Assembly (NCBI GenBank): GCA_020632015.1
Contig: JACKGI010000001.1
Span: 23,574 to 87,573, forward strand
DNA length: 64,000 nt
Direction: 5' to 3'
From: Candidatus Nomurabacteria bacterium
GTDB lineage: Bacteria; Patescibacteriota; Minisyncoccia; Phycocordibacterales; UBA918
Shown in pieces: positions 43,898-54,087 of this stretch. The first letter of the stretch is position 1, and each line of letters opens with the position of its first letter. The translations under genes and the position numbers were made by a program. The notes under the pieces are model-generated. The model made no database searches, had not been told where the DNA came from, and saw only the letters and a program-made list of their open reading frames with translations.

Positions 43898-44791
43898 ATG
43901 TATATGAATTCAAAAAATATTGTTGTTGTAGTTTTGGTACTGGTGCTAATCGGCGCAGTGTCATATTTATTACTAAATAAGGGAGGTGACACAGTAGTGG
44001 TCGTGGAACGACCAGAAGCTGAAGAAATATCACCAGTCGAACCAGACGGAGGAATTGGTGACGGTGCTGAACCAATTGAAGAAGTGGACATGATGGAGCG
44101 TGGAGACGAAAGTGTTATTGGTACATCTGTAGAAGGGGACGAGATTGTGGCTTATCACATTGGGAACGGAGATAATGAAGTTCTTCTAATTGGAGGTGTT
44201 CATGGTAGCTATTCACCAAATACCTCAGCCCTAGCTGATGAGGCGATAAAATATTACACAGATAATCCTGACATGGTTCCAGGGGGAGTTATGCTAACAA
44301 TTATTCCTAACCTAAACCCAGACGGTCTAGCGATGACAGGAACCCAAGGTAGATTCAACTCAAACAATGTTGACCTAAACAGAAACTTTGATTGTGAATG
44401 GTCAGCTGAAGGCGTGTGGCGAGACCAAAAAGTTAGTGGCGGTAGAGAAGTTTTCTCAGAACCTGAAGCCAAAGCACTACGTGACTATGTAGAAACATAC
44501 GATCCTAAAGCAGCGATTGTTCTATTCAGTGCTGAAGGAAAGGTTTACCCTTCAGCTTGTGATGGAACCCCAAGCAATGCTTCTGTTAAGCTAGCCGCAA
44601 CTTACGCAACAGCAGCAGGGTATCCAGCAGCAGCTGAGTTTAATGCTTACGCAATTACTGGAGACATGGTCAACTGGATGGCAAAACAAGGAATTCCTTC
44701 TATCAGCGTACTCCTTTCAGATCACAAAAGCACAGAGTGGAGTAAAAATAAGGCAGGTATAGAGGCAGTGCTAAACACCTACGTTGAATAA
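43898..44791 (+). CDS. M14-like zinc carboxypeptidase family protein, paralog 1
   Basis: 297 aa with an N-terminal TM helix, then IIPNLNPDGL and NVDLNRNF. The first zinc motif reads GGVHGSYSPN, with no Glu in the HxxE position. Confidence 0.65.
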   Translation: MYMNSKNIVVVVLVLVLIGAVSYLLLNKGGDTVVVVERPEAEEISPVEPDGGIGDGAEPIEEVDMMERGDESVIGTSVEGDEIVAYHIGNGDNEVLLIGGVHGSYSPNTSALADEAIKYYTDNPDMVPGGVMLTIIPNLNPDGLAMTGTQGRFNSNNVDLNRNFDCEWSAEGVWRDQKVSGGREVFSEPEAKALRDYVETYDPKAAIVLFSAEGKVYPSACDGTPSNASVKLAATYATAAGYPAAAEFNAYAITGDMVNWMAKQGIPSISVLLSDHKSTEWSKNKAGIEAVLNTYVE

Positions 44792-45690
44792 TGCCAAACA
44801 AAACTCACATAGCTCTTGCGTTAGTAATCGTTGGGCTACTTGTAGGCGGATTTCTGTTTCTTCATGACGGGGCAGAGCCTGCTGTGGAGGAAGTACCAAT
44901 TGTTGTAGAGGAGGAAGTGATTGAAACAATCAGCGCGCCAGTTGAATCTCGTGTTGTTGTTGGAAACTCTGTTGAAGGTAGGGAGATAGAAGCCTACTCA
45001 ATTGGAACTGGGGAAGACGATCTACTTTTTGTCGGAGGTATTCATGGTGGATATGAGTGGAATAGTATTTTACTAGCCTACGAGATGATTGATTACTTCA
45101 AAAACAATATTGACGTAATTCCTGAAAACATAACTGTTCACATAATTCCTAACCTAAATCCCGACGGACTCTTCTTAGCAACTGGGCTAGAGGGTAAATT
45201 CTCCGCTGAAAGCATTACTTCAAATGCCATGCACGCTTCTGGAGAAGGTCGCTTCAATGCAAATGATGTAGATTTAAATCGAAACTTTGATTGTAAGTGG
45301 GCACCAGAAAGTACTTGGCGTGGCAAAGTAGTAAGTGCTGGAACAGAAGTCTTTTCTGAGCCTGAGGCAATTGCACTAAGAGATTATGTCGCAACAATAT
45401 CACCAAAAGCTGTTGTCTTCTGGCACAGTCAAGCCAATAATGTCTATGCCTCAGAATGTGAAAACGGTGTACTTCCAGAAACACTAGCCATCATGAACGC
45501 TTACTCTAGTGCTGGTAGTTACGGAGCTGTTCCAGTTTTTGACGCGTACCCTATCACTGGTGACGCTGAAGGATGGTTAGCTTCGATTGGAATTCCAGCA
45601 ATAACTGTAGAGTTGGAAACACGCACCAGTATCGAGTGGACAAGAAACTTAGCTGGTGTAAATGCACTATTGAATCAGTTTGGAAAATAA
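44791..45690 (+). CDS. M14-like zinc carboxypeptidase family protein, paralog 2
   Basis: 299 aa with the same layout: IIPNLNPDGL and DVDLNRNF. The first motif reads GGIHGGYEWN, with the Glu shifted by one residue. The start overlaps the upstream stop (TAATG). Confidence 0.65.
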   Translation: MPNKTHIALALVIVGLLVGGFLFLHDGAEPAVEEVPIVVEEEVIETISAPVESRVVVGNSVEGREIEAYSIGTGEDDLLFVGGIHGGYEWNSILLAYEMIDYFKNNIDVIPENITVHIIPNLNPDGLFLATGLEGKFSAESITSNAMHASGEGRFNANDVDLNRNFDCKWAPESTWRGKVVSAGTEVFSEPEAIALRDYVATISPKAVVFWHSQANNVYASECENGVLPETLAIMNAYSSAGSYGAVPVFDAYPITGDAEGWLASIGIPAITVELETRTSIEWTRNLAGVNALLNQFGK

Positions 45691-45707
45691 CAAACCAAAA
45701 ATAAATG

Positions 45708-45743
45708 AATCAGCGTGGCCTTTCGGCCACGCTGATTTTATTA
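45708..45743 (+). terminator. rho-independent terminator
   Basis: AATCAGCGTGGCC, loop TTTC, GGCCACGCTGATT, followed by TTATT. Confidence 0.85.
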
Positions 45744-45779
45744 GTGATACAATATTTATAAATAAGTTAAGTACATTTT

Positions 45780-46793
45780 ATGCCATCATTTTTACATAAT
45801 AAATATATACGTTTTGCTGGAACGGGAATATTAATTCTAGTTGGAATCTTTGTAGTGTTCGTAGTTCTAGCTTCACTAAACTCTGCCCGTAGCACCATAG
45901 GAATGAGTGGGGACTCCCTTCCTTATAACACTCTTTCTCCAAGCTTTTCGCCTCCAGTGGAGATGAACGCCTATCGGGCCAATACCGAAATGGCAACAGA
46001 CGGACTATCGTATTACCCACCCCAACCAAACACAGGCAACTACACAGCTGACTTAGAAAACTTTGAAACTACTACTTACAACATAACTGGAAAAACAAGA
46101 CAATTTGATGAAGTTTGTGCAGTAATTAAAAATTTGAAAAATGATGATGAGATACATTTCAAAAATTTAAATGAGTCAACAAACTCGTGTTCTTCTGTCT
46201 TTTTTGTTGAAGAAAACAAATCGGAAGAAATACTTAGTCTTATAAATTCCTACAAAGGAGTTGAATACCTGAGGAGAACTTCTTCGGTTACTCGATACAA
46301 ACAACAACTTCAAAGCCAAACAGATATACTGCAACAACAACTAGGTAACGTTCAAAAATCACTCTACACAGCAGAAACACAATTAAACAACCTGACAAAT
46401 TTCTACTTAACAAGTGAAGACGTTGGAACATTATCAAAAAGAGTAAACGAGAGCCTACAATTAATAGACCAACTGACACAAAGAAAAATAAATATTAATC
46501 GTCAACTAGACAGCCTCTTCCAGCAATCTGCTGACTTGGAAGCTAGGATGGGAGTTGTAGAATTTTCTGTAAACATAAATCGATCAAATCCTATTTATCC
46601 AAACAAGAATTCTAATAAATGGGAACGAGCTTGGGGTGAACTAAATGAAACTTTTACAGACACATTAATTGGTCTTACTGCTTTCTTTGGAATTTTCCTA
46701 CTTTGGGTATTTCGATTAACCATCTATGGAATTGTCTTACTGATTGTTATGAGAGCTATCTGGAAACTTATAAAATTCTTGTGGACTAAATAA
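45780..46793 (+). CDS. membrane protein, DUF4349-like architecture (tentative)
   Basis: 337 aa with an N-terminal TM helix, a central Gln/Leu-rich coiled coil and two C-terminal TM helices. Confidence 0.5.
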   Translation: MPSFLHNKYIRFAGTGILILVGIFVVFVVLASLNSARSTIGMSGDSLPYNTLSPSFSPPVEMNAYRANTEMATDGLSYYPPQPNTGNYTADLENFETTTYNITGKTRQFDEVCAVIKNLKNDDEIHFKNLNESTNSCSSVFFVEENKSEEILSLINSYKGVEYLRRTSSVTRYKQQLQSQTDILQQQLGNVQKSLYTAETQLNNLTNFYLTSEDVGTLSKRVNESLQLIDQLTQRKININRQLDSLFQQSADLEARMGVVEFSVNINRSNPIYPNKNSNKWERAWGELNETFTDTLIGLTAFFGIFLLWVFRLTIYGIVLLIVMRAIWKLIKFLWTK

Positions 46794-46794
46794 T

Positions 46795-46828
46795 AAAAAA
46801 GCGCCGGACAAAGTCCGGCGCTTTTTTA
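46795..46828. terminator. bidirectional terminator
   Basis: GCGCCGGAC, loop AAA, GTCCGGCGC, flanked by an A-run and a T-run. Confidence 0.85.
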
Positions 46829-47806
46829 TTTAACACTCACATACTTTCTATGCAGGGAGTTACGTTTCCAAATTATACTTTCAATATAATAATGAAACAC
46901 TGAAACAGTAGCCAGAATAGAAAAATAAATTTTCGGATCAGTCACCGTCTCTCGGAAAAATACACCCATGAATACGGCAAAAGCAGGTACAAAAATAATA
47001 AGTGACATTGGAACTAGGGGAACTGCTTTATATATCAGATTATTTATTTTAAATTTATTTCTGTTAACTTCGTGAGAAATATAAAACATAAATGCTGGAA
47101 CATCATGCAAAAATCTAATTACAAGAATGGCCAAAAAAACATAACCAAAATTAGTTAGAGTAAAACTAGTTACAACCATTAGGTAGGTTAAAAAAACAAA
47201 AATCTTTCCTTGTAACTCTTTGGTTTTTTGTATAAGCAAATAACTCACTAAGCCAGCTAAGGCAAAGGTGACATTGAAAAGATATTGTGCAGACTTAATA
47301 ACAGAATCGAGCGCTCCCACCTGAACCGTAGTCAAATACATAATCGATACGGCAATTATCAAAGACCAGTTCCACCAAATGAACCAGTTATTTTTCGGAA
47401 CACCATACATAAGAGATATTCCGGTCTGCTGTCTTATAACGTGATACACCGTTGCAATCAGAAAAAGGGAAACGGCCAAGTTGTAATTAAAACTAATAAT
47501 AAACTGGAGGAGTAAAAATAATATTGGAAAAAAAATTATTAAATGTTTTTTATAGTGTGAAAAATATTCTTTATCAAAAAAACTAAATAAGCTGGCCAAT
47601 ATATGTGGCAAACCAAAAATTAAAAGGTAGAGGGGGAGATACAGAGTGTCGATACCCAAAACCGGAAGAAGGGCTTGGTCATTATAATTCCAGTCCCAAA
47701 AACCAAAAAAGGCAACTAGTGGCACAATTAAAAAAACGCTCATTATCCAAGACTTTTTAAGTACTAACATTTCTTGATTATTTTCCATGGAATTTTTTAT
47801 GAACAT
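46826..47806 (-). CDS. polytopic integral membrane protein with conserved His residues, unknown function
   Basis: About 310-326 aa and about 9 TM helices, with His-containing motifs YHVIRQQTG, FLHDVPAF and VFHYYIESIIWK. The track start overlaps the xer gene; an internal Met at about 47770 is a more likely start. Confidence 0.6.
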   Translation of the reverse strand: MFIKNSMENNQEMLVLKKSWIMSVFLIVPLVAFFGFWDWNYNDQALLPVLGIDTLYLPLYLLIFGLPHILASLFSFFDKEYFSHYKKHLIIFFPILFLLLQFIISFNYNLAVSLFLIATVYHVIRQQTGISLMYGVPKNNWFIWWNWSLIIAVSIMYLTTVQVGALDSVIKSAQYLFNVTFALAGLVSYLLIQKTKELQGKIFVFLTYLMVVTSFTLTNFGYVFLAILVIRFLHDVPAFMFYISHEVNRNKFKINNLIYKAVPLVPMSLIIFVPAFAVFMGVFFRETVTDPKIYFSILATVSVFHYYIESIIWKRNSLHRKYVSVK

Positions 47807-48689
47807 CTCGAAGATGCTTGTCAGTTACGTGTGTGTAAACTTGAGTTGTTCCGATATTAGCATGACCCAGAAGAGCTTGGACTGAACGCAAATCTGCACC
47901 GTTACTTAGAAGGTCTGTAGCAAAACTGTGTCGAATCACGTGAGGTGTTACCTTGCGAGTAATGCCAGCTTCTGTTGCGTATTTTTTAAGAAGTCTCTGT
48001 ACTGCTCTTGGCGAGAGTCGTAAGTCACCCCCATCATTAACTTTTCTTCCGTAACGAACGAACATCGCATCGTCCATATCTTTTCGATTTTTTAGATAAT
48101 CTTGAAGTGATGCTCTTGCAGTATCAGAAAGAAAAACAACTCGTACCTTATCTCCTTTTCCACGTACAGAAAATTCATCTCGAGTTAAATCAACATCATC
48201 AATTGAAAGTCCGCACAATTCAGAAATACGAAGTCCCGTCGAAAACAAAAGTTCCAAAATTGCTCTGTCTCTTTTGCCCTCAAGTGATTTTTTGTCTGGT
48301 GCATTCATTAGACGCCTAAGCTCTGTGGGGGAGATGAGGTCGAGTGAACGTTCGGGAACTTTGGCTAGCTCAATTCTTTCTGGATTCAGTGACTCGATTC
48401 CACGCTTACGCAAAAACTTGAGAAACGCTCGAAGAGCAATCAAGTAATAATTCTGAGTACGACGTTTCATGGGCTCCATCCGACCACCAACTTTCGTCCC
48501 AGGTTGTCGGTTTAAGTACAAACGAAATTCTCTAATCTGTTCCTCAGTTAAATCCTTTGGGAGTTTAACTTTAGCAAAATCAAAGAACCTCTCTAGATAT
48601 CTGTCATAGTTTTCTACAGTCTTCACACTCCTCCCCCTCTCGATTTCTAGGTACTCTAAAAATTGACGTTTCAGTTCTGCAAGTTGCAT
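47778..48689 (-). CDS. tyrosine recombinase, XerC/XerD family
   Basis: 303 aa with an N-terminal SAM-like domain and a catalytic domain containing RHSFATDLL and LLGHANIGTTQVYTHV. Confidence 0.9.
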   Translation of the reverse strand: MQLAELKRQFLEYLEIERGRSVKTVENYDRYLERFFDFAKVKLPKDLTEEQIREFRLYLNRQPGTKVGGRMEPMKRRTQNYYLIALRAFLKFLRKRGIESLNPERIELAKVPERSLDLISPTELRRLMNAPDKKSLEGKRDRAILELLFSTGLRISELCGLSIDDVDLTRDEFSVRGKGDKVRVVFLSDTARASLQDYLKNRKDMDDAMFVRYGRKVNDGGDLRLSPRAVQRLLKKYATEAGITRKVTPHVIRHSFATDLLSNGADLRSVQALLGHANIGTTQVYTHVTDKHLRDVHKKFHGK

Positions 48690-48882
48690 AATGCTTTCAG
48701 TATACCAATTGTAAAAACCTGTTACACGTAGGCGTGTAACAAAATAAGCTTGATTTTTTAATAATTTGTGCTATTATTGCCGGAACCTTCGCAGGTTATT
48801 ATTCCGCACCAAGCGGTGCCACCGATAACATTGTTATATGAGTGGGCATCTACACTGCTAGTCGCGTAAACAAATACATACT

Positions 48883-49149
48883 ATGTTATCAAAGCGAATA
48901 AAAGAAAATACTCTAAAGAACACTCGTCGTCACGACAATGACACCGGTTCTCCAGAAGCACAAGTTGCTCTATTGACCCGACAAATTGAAGAGTTGTCTA
49001 CGCATCTTCGGAAGCACAAAAAAGACTTCCACTCTAGACGCGGTCTTCTACAAATGGTTGCTGACAGACGAAAGCACCTAAAGTATCTTCAAAAGAAAGA
49101 TGAAAAAGCATACGATGCTCTCATCAAGAAACTAGGTCTCAAAAGATAA
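48883..49149 (+). CDS. rpsO: 30S ribosomal protein S15
   Basis: 88 aa with [38 protein letters not shown]. Confidence 0.95.
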   Translation: MLSKRIKENTLKNTRRHDNDTGSPEAQVALLTRQIEELSTHLRKHKKDFHSRRGLLQMVADRRKHLKYLQKKDEKAYDALIKKLGLKR

Positions 49150-49158
49150 GTTTTAATA

Positions 49159-49196
49159 CAATCGCTTCACATATGTGGAGCGATTGTGCGTTTCAC
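49159..49196 (+). terminator. hairpin after rpsO (probable terminator, weak U-tract)
   Basis: CAATCGCTTCAC, loop ATAT, GTGGAGCGATTG (12 bp including one G-U), followed by TGCGTTTC. Confidence 0.5.
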
Positions 49197-49422
49197 GGTA
49201 TAGTGTAACTAAGGTACTTTTAACAGAAAGGCGCCCATCCTCTCAATCGACCCTCGACTCGTACGCACCTTGCACGCCCCAGCCAAACCCACCCGTGCAT
49301 ATTCGCTACTCGCTGAGTGCCAATTGAAAAGACCGGCTTCTACTTACAACAAAAGCCATGCGAGGGTTTAGATGTTTTACAAAAGACCAGAACAAATTTT
49401 AAATAATTAATATACATATTAT

Positions 49423-50040
49423 ATGGGAGTAATCCGACACCCTGACCAAAGAGTCGCGGTAATCATAGATACACAAAACTTGTATCATAGTGCAAAAAAT
49501 TTATACAAATCAAAAGTTAACTTCGCCGCAGTGGTGGACGCAGCTGTTCAAGGTAGAAAATTAATTAGAGCTGTTTCATATGTGGTAAACACCGAAGGAG
49601 GTGAAGAGTCAGCATTCTTCGAAGCGCTTGAGAAAGTAGGAATTGAAATAAAAACTAAAGATCTGCAAATCTTCTACGGAGGAGAAAAGAAGGCCGACTG
49701 GGATGTCGGGATGGCGGTCGACGCAATTAAAATTGCTCACAAGGTAGACGCTATTGTTTTCGCTACCGGTGATGGAGATTTCATTCCGGCTGTAGAATAC
49801 ATCCAAAGTCTCGGCTGCCAAGTTGAAGCAATTACTTTTGGTCGCTCTGCATCGAGTGGACTAAAATCAGCTGTCGATGATTTTATAGATCTAGGGGAAG
49901 ACCCAAAGAAGTTTCTGATTGGTTACCGTCCATCAAAAAAAAGAGCTGGAGCAAAAACTAAGAAATCTTCTGCCAAAAAAACTTCGCAGTCTAGCACAAC
50001 AAAAGTTGTTGGCTCAGACACAGATGGTCTCTTAGATTAA
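49423..50040 (+). CDS. NYN-domain (LabA-like) protein with Lys/Ser-rich tail
   Basis: 205 aa with RVAVIIDTQNLYHSAK and FATGDGDFIPAVEYIQSLGCQVEAITFG. The C-terminal tail is basic. Confidence 0.8.
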   Translation: MGVIRHPDQRVAVIIDTQNLYHSAKNLYKSKVNFAAVVDAAVQGRKLIRAVSYVVNTEGGEESAFFEALEKVGIEIKTKDLQIFYGGEKKADWDVGMAVDAIKIAHKVDAIVFATGDGDFIPAVEYIQSLGCQVEAITFGRSASSGLKSAVDDFIDLGEDPKKFLIGYRPSKKRAGAKTKKSSAKKTSQSSTTKVVGSDTDGLLD

Positions 50041-50046
50041 ATTAAT

Positions 50047-50080
50047 AAACAGCCGGACTAAAAGGTCCGGCTGTTTTTGT
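50047..50080 (+). terminator. rho-independent terminator
   Basis: AAACAGCCGGAC, loop TAAAAG, GTCCGGCTGTTT, followed by TTGT. Confidence 0.8.
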
Positions 50081-50198
50081 CTCTGGAGGTTTCCCTAATA
50101 TTTTGTTATTCTCAATTTATTACAAACTGAGTTGTGCGCGACAGGATATTTGAGAAAATTTCAAATGTCTCATCGCTCACATCTCATAAATTATTTTT

Positions 50199-52325
50199 AT
50201 GAAATCACAATCTTTTTCTTTAGACCTTGCCGGCAAAACTTTGACCGCAGAGTTTAACGATTTAACATCACAAGCTAATGGCTCAGTACTTTTAAAGTTT
50301 GGTGAAACAGCGATTCTGGTTACCGCAGTTATGGGTGATCGCGAAAATTCTGGCATGAATTATTTTCCTCTCTCAGTTGAGTTCGAAGAAAAATTTTATG
50401 CGGCCGGAGCAATTCTAGGTAGTAGATTTATGCGACGAGAAGGTAGACCTAGTGATGAAGCGATTCTTTCTGCAAGAATTGTTGATCGTACGATTCGTCC
50501 ACTTTTTAATCACCACATACGACGCGATGTTCAAGTTGTAATTACAGTACTTGCTATGGGAGAAGATGATCCTGATGTACTTGGTGTCATTGGTGCCTCA
50601 CTAGCTCTCTCTGTTTCTGATATTCCTTGGGCGGGTCCAGTTGGGGCTGTACGTATCGGCCGAAAGAAAGAAACTGGGGAAGTGGTTATAAACCCAACTT
50701 ACCTCGAAAGAGCTGAGGGTCTTCTGGATTTTGAAGTATTGGCCTGCGGTAAAGACAACACTATCAACATGATAGAAACAGCTGCACATGAAGTTAGCGA
50801 AGGTGACCTTGCTTCAATCTTAGAAGCTTCAACCAAACTACACCAACAACTAGAAGAATGGCAAAAAGAAATTGTTGCCAAACTTGGTAAAGAAAAACAA
50901 CCTCAACCAGTCCAAGAAATTTCAGCTGAGCTAAAAGAATTTTTTGAAAATAATTTTAAAGCAAAATTAAGCAAAGTCCTTTTTAGCAATCGTGCCGGTA
51001 AGTCTCATATATATGAGCTAAAATCTGAATTTCTTTCTGCCGTCTCTGAGGCAGAATTAGATGAAAAAGCTGCTAGTGACTACTTCGAAGATATGATTGA
51101 CGCAGAACTACATCGCGGAGCTTTGGAAGATAACAAGCGAGCAGATGGTCGTGGGATGGATGAGGTGCGTGAAATTTATGCAAAAGCAGGTGGTGTTTCT
51201 CCAGTACTTCATGGTTCAGGAATTTTCTATAGAGGCGGTACTCACATATTTTCTGCCCTCACCCTTGGTGGCCCAGATTCAGCCCAAATGATAGACACGA
51301 TTGAATCACAAGATTACAAAAAACGATTCTTACACCACTACAACTTTCCACCATTTTCAGTTGGTGAAACTGGACGTGTTGGCGGATTTAACCGGCGCAT
51401 GATTGGTCATGGTGCACTTGCAGAAAAAGCACTACTTCCGGTAATTCCTTCTCAGGCTGATTTTCCTTACACTATTCGTTTAGTGTCTGAAACTCTTTCA
51501 AGTAATGGCTCTAGTTCAATGGGATCAGTTTGTGGCTCTACTCTTGCTCTTATGGACGGAGGAGTTCCAATCAAAAGACCAGTAGCAGGAATAGCTTCTG
51601 GAGTAATGATGGGTGAAAACAAATACGCACTACTAACTGACATACAAGGTCCTGAAGATGAATTTGGTGACATGGATTTTAAAGTAGCCGGAACAACCGA
51701 GGGAGTTACAGCAGTACAAATGGATGTGAAAGTTGACGGTGTACCTCTTCAAGTACTTGTCGAGGCTCTAGAAAAAGCACGTTTAGCACGTCTGCATATA
51801 CTTGAAATTATGAACAAAGAAATTTCTGAACCCAGAAAGGAAATCTCACCTAGAGCTCCACAAATCATCACCCTTAAAATATTGCCAGACCAAATCGGTC
51901 TTGTTATCGGGGGAGGAGGCAAGACAATCAACGGTATTAAAGATACTACTGGCGTAGAAGAAATTACCATCGAGGAAGATGGGACCATCTTTATTTCTGG
52001 GAAAGCTGGTTCGGCTGAGTTAGCAGCAGATAAAATCAAAGCACTAACAAAGGTTTATGTGGTGGGAGAAAAGGTGGATGTAACTATTGTTAAGATAGCT
52101 ACTTTTGGCGCTTTCGCTAAACTAGATGCCTTCAATGAGGGCTTAATTCATATTTCTGAGATAGCTCCATTTAGAATTGAATCCCTAGACGGCCTCCTAA
52201 AAGAAGGGGATATTGTGCCAGTAGTAGTGTCAAAGGTAGAAGATGGCAAAATTGGACTCTCTATTAAACAAGTAGACCCTGATTTTGCTAAAAATAAAGG
52301 TTTTGAAGCTCCAAACAAAGGATAA
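50199..52325 (+). CDS. pnp: polyribonucleotide nucleotidyltransferase (PNPase)
   Basis: 708 aa with two RNase PH domains (RADGRGMDEVREI; GETGRVGGFNRRMIGHGALAEKAL), a KH domain (GGGGKTINGI) and a C-terminal S1 domain. Confidence 0.95.
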   Translation: MKSQSFSLDLAGKTLTAEFNDLTSQANGSVLLKFGETAILVTAVMGDRENSGMNYFPLSVEFEEKFYAAGAILGSRFMRREGRPSDEAILSARIVDRTIRPLFNHHIRRDVQVVITVLAMGEDDPDVLGVIGASLALSVSDIPWAGPVGAVRIGRKKETGEVVINPTYLERAEGLLDFEVLACGKDNTINMIETAAHEVSEGDLASILEASTKLHQQLEEWQKEIVAKLGKEKQPQPVQEISAELKEFFENNFKAKLSKVLFSNRAGKSHIYELKSEFLSAVSEAELDEKAASDYFEDMIDAELHRGALEDNKRADGRGMDEVREIYAKAGGVSPVLHGSGIFYRGGTHIFSALTLGGPDSAQMIDTIESQDYKKRFLHHYNFPPFSVGETGRVGGFNRRMIGHGALAEKALLPVIPSQADFPYTIRLVSETLSSNGSSSMGSVCGSTLALMDGGVPIKRPVAGIASGVMMGENKYALLTDIQGPEDEFGDMDFKVAGTTEGVTAVQMDVKVDGVPLQVLVEALEKARLARLHILEIMNKEISEPRKEISPRAPQIITLKILPDQIGLVIGGGGKTINGIKDTTGVEEITIEEDGTIFISGKAGSAELAADKIKALTKVYVVGEKVDVTIVKIATFGAFAKLDAFNEGLIHISEIAPFRIESLDGLLKEGDIVPVVVSKVEDGKIGLSIKQVDPDFAKNKGFEAPNKG

Positions 52326-52388
52326 GAAGCCCACAGTCAGGGAAAAAACCTCCTAACAAAACCTTAAAATCATGCGATACTAGAAGTA

Positions 52389-54074
52389 ATGACCGACATC
52401 TCCAAAAAAATCACTCCCAGAATCCGTACGTTTGCTGGAGATTTGGAAGAGCACAGGAAAAACCGAACAGAAAATCCAGAAAATAAAACTGGCTCTGAGA
52501 CTACAGACTCGAATATAAAAACTGAACGAGCTCCTGCTAAACCTATCGAACCAAAACCAACTCCAGTACCAAAACCAGTACGTGAAGAGCCTATTATTGT
52601 TGCTGAAAAAACTCATGTTGAAAAACCAAAAAAGATTCCGGCTTTTCACGAGCTACAAAAAAGTGTTAACCATATACAGGCTAAACCAGAGAAGAAGAAA
52701 TTCAAAAAAACAAAATTTAAGAAGCACCATGAAAAAAAGTCTTCTAATGAGAATAGGCCAAATATTGGTTATGATGCCACAATAATTACTGACACAAAGA
52801 AAAATAAAACCAGTTTGATATCATCGGTGATTTCTTCTATTGGTCTTTGGTTCAAAGAAATTACTAAGCCAAAGAAAAAGAAAGCACCCAAATATACTGT
52901 GCCTGAAGCTAGTCGAAGAAAGGGTGTTATCCAAAAGGCCACTACTAAAACAGGTTCTATTTTTACTGCCGACAGTGAAACTCTGAGAGAACAAATTCGG
53001 TTGCGCCAACAACAAGAAAAAGACGGAACGCATGATGATGAGGCAGAAACTATTTGGTCACCATATACAGACAGCGGCTACAACCTACTCAATGCGCCAG
53101 ATACAACACAGAATGTGAAACTTGAATTCAAGAAGCAAGTCAAACCACCGACAGAAGCGCGACCAGTCATACCACCTCCACCTATACCAAAAGTCGAAGA
53201 AAGCTTTGATGATGGTGCGACTGAATTACTAAAGGCTAGGGAAGAGCTAGACAAAAAATCAGCGTCCCAACAAACGGAAGCGGTTCCTGTTGTTGAACCT
53301 ACACCAAAAGAGATTGAGACAGAACCCGTTGAAGATACTGTGCCTGTAGAAGAAGATAACGATAACCTACCTCAAGTAGAAAGTGACGACTCTGATTCTG
53401 TATTTGAAAAAACAGACACTAACACGCTTACAGTGATAACTCTTATTACAATAATTGGTATCGTAATTGTGATTATTGTTTCGAGACTGTTGTTTCAGTT
53501 CATTACAAATCAAATCACCTCTGAGGCAGTTTCCGTAAATACCATCGAGACGATTCTAAACGACTCGAGCATAGAGACGATAGAAATCAATGCAGACAAT
53601 CTATCGTTAGTTCCTAGCTTGGTTGATAATGCACTAGAACAAATAACTGAAGGTTTGGTGGAGGTCGCGATTGTCTCTCCTGCAGGCGACGAAGTTAGTC
53701 CTACATACTTATTCGAATTGTTGGGCTTCCAAGCAAATCTGGCACTGAAGCAAGCCTTGACCAGCTCAAGATTCATAAGCATCGATAACTCTAACGAGAT
53801 GTTGCTGCTTAAATTCGTTGATGAAACTAGTGTAAGAGGAGGCCTGCTGTCTTGGGAAAAAACACTAGCAAATGACTTTGCAGAGATTTATGGTATTTCA
53901 AACAATCTAGAAGATGAGTTTCAAGATAAAAAAATATCTGGACACGATGTGAGAACACTAAAACACGACGAAAAGACTATTCTGGTGTATTCAATAATTA
54001 ACGAAAACTCAGCAATTATAGCTAGCAACGAAGCTGAGTTGGCCAGAATAATTGAATTAGAATTTAATAAATAA
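52389..54074 (+). CDS. Lys/Pro/Glu-rich single-pass membrane protein, unknown function
   Basis: 561 aa. A long low-complexity N-terminal half is followed by a TM helix (LTVITLITIIGIVIVIIVSRLLF) and a C-terminal domain of about 190 aa. Confidence 0.6.
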   Translation: MTDISKKITPRIRTFAGDLEEHRKNRTENPENKTGSETTDSNIKTERAPAKPIEPKPTPVPKPVREEPIIVAEKTHVEKPKKIPAFHELQKSVNHIQAKPEKKKFKKTKFKKHHEKKSSNENRPNIGYDATIITDTKKNKTSLISSVISSIGLWFKEITKPKKKKAPKYTVPEASRRKGVIQKATTKTGSIFTADSETLREQIRLRQQQEKDGTHDDEAETIWSPYTDSGYNLLNAPDTTQNVKLEFKKQVKPPTEARPVIPPPPIPKVEESFDDGATELLKAREELDKKSASQQTEAVPVVEPTPKEIETEPVEDTVPVEEDNDNLPQVESDDSDSVFEKTDTNTLTVITLITIIGIVIVIIVSRLLFQFITNQITSEAVSVNTIETILNDSSIETIEINADNLSLVPSLVDNALEQITEGLVEVAIVSPAGDEVSPTYLFELLGFQANLALKQALTSSRFISIDNSNEMLLLKFVDETSVRGGLLSWEKTLANDFAEIYGISNNLEDEFQDKKISGHDVRTLKHDEKTILVYSIINENSAIIASNEAELARIIELEFNK

Positions 54075-54087
54075 TAAGCAAGCAACC

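Noticed and set aside
49270-49310. G-runs on the minus strand (GGGTGGGTTTGGCTGGGG) as a possible G-quadruplex.
   Set aside because: There are only three runs of three or more G, so a four-run quadruplex motif is not met.
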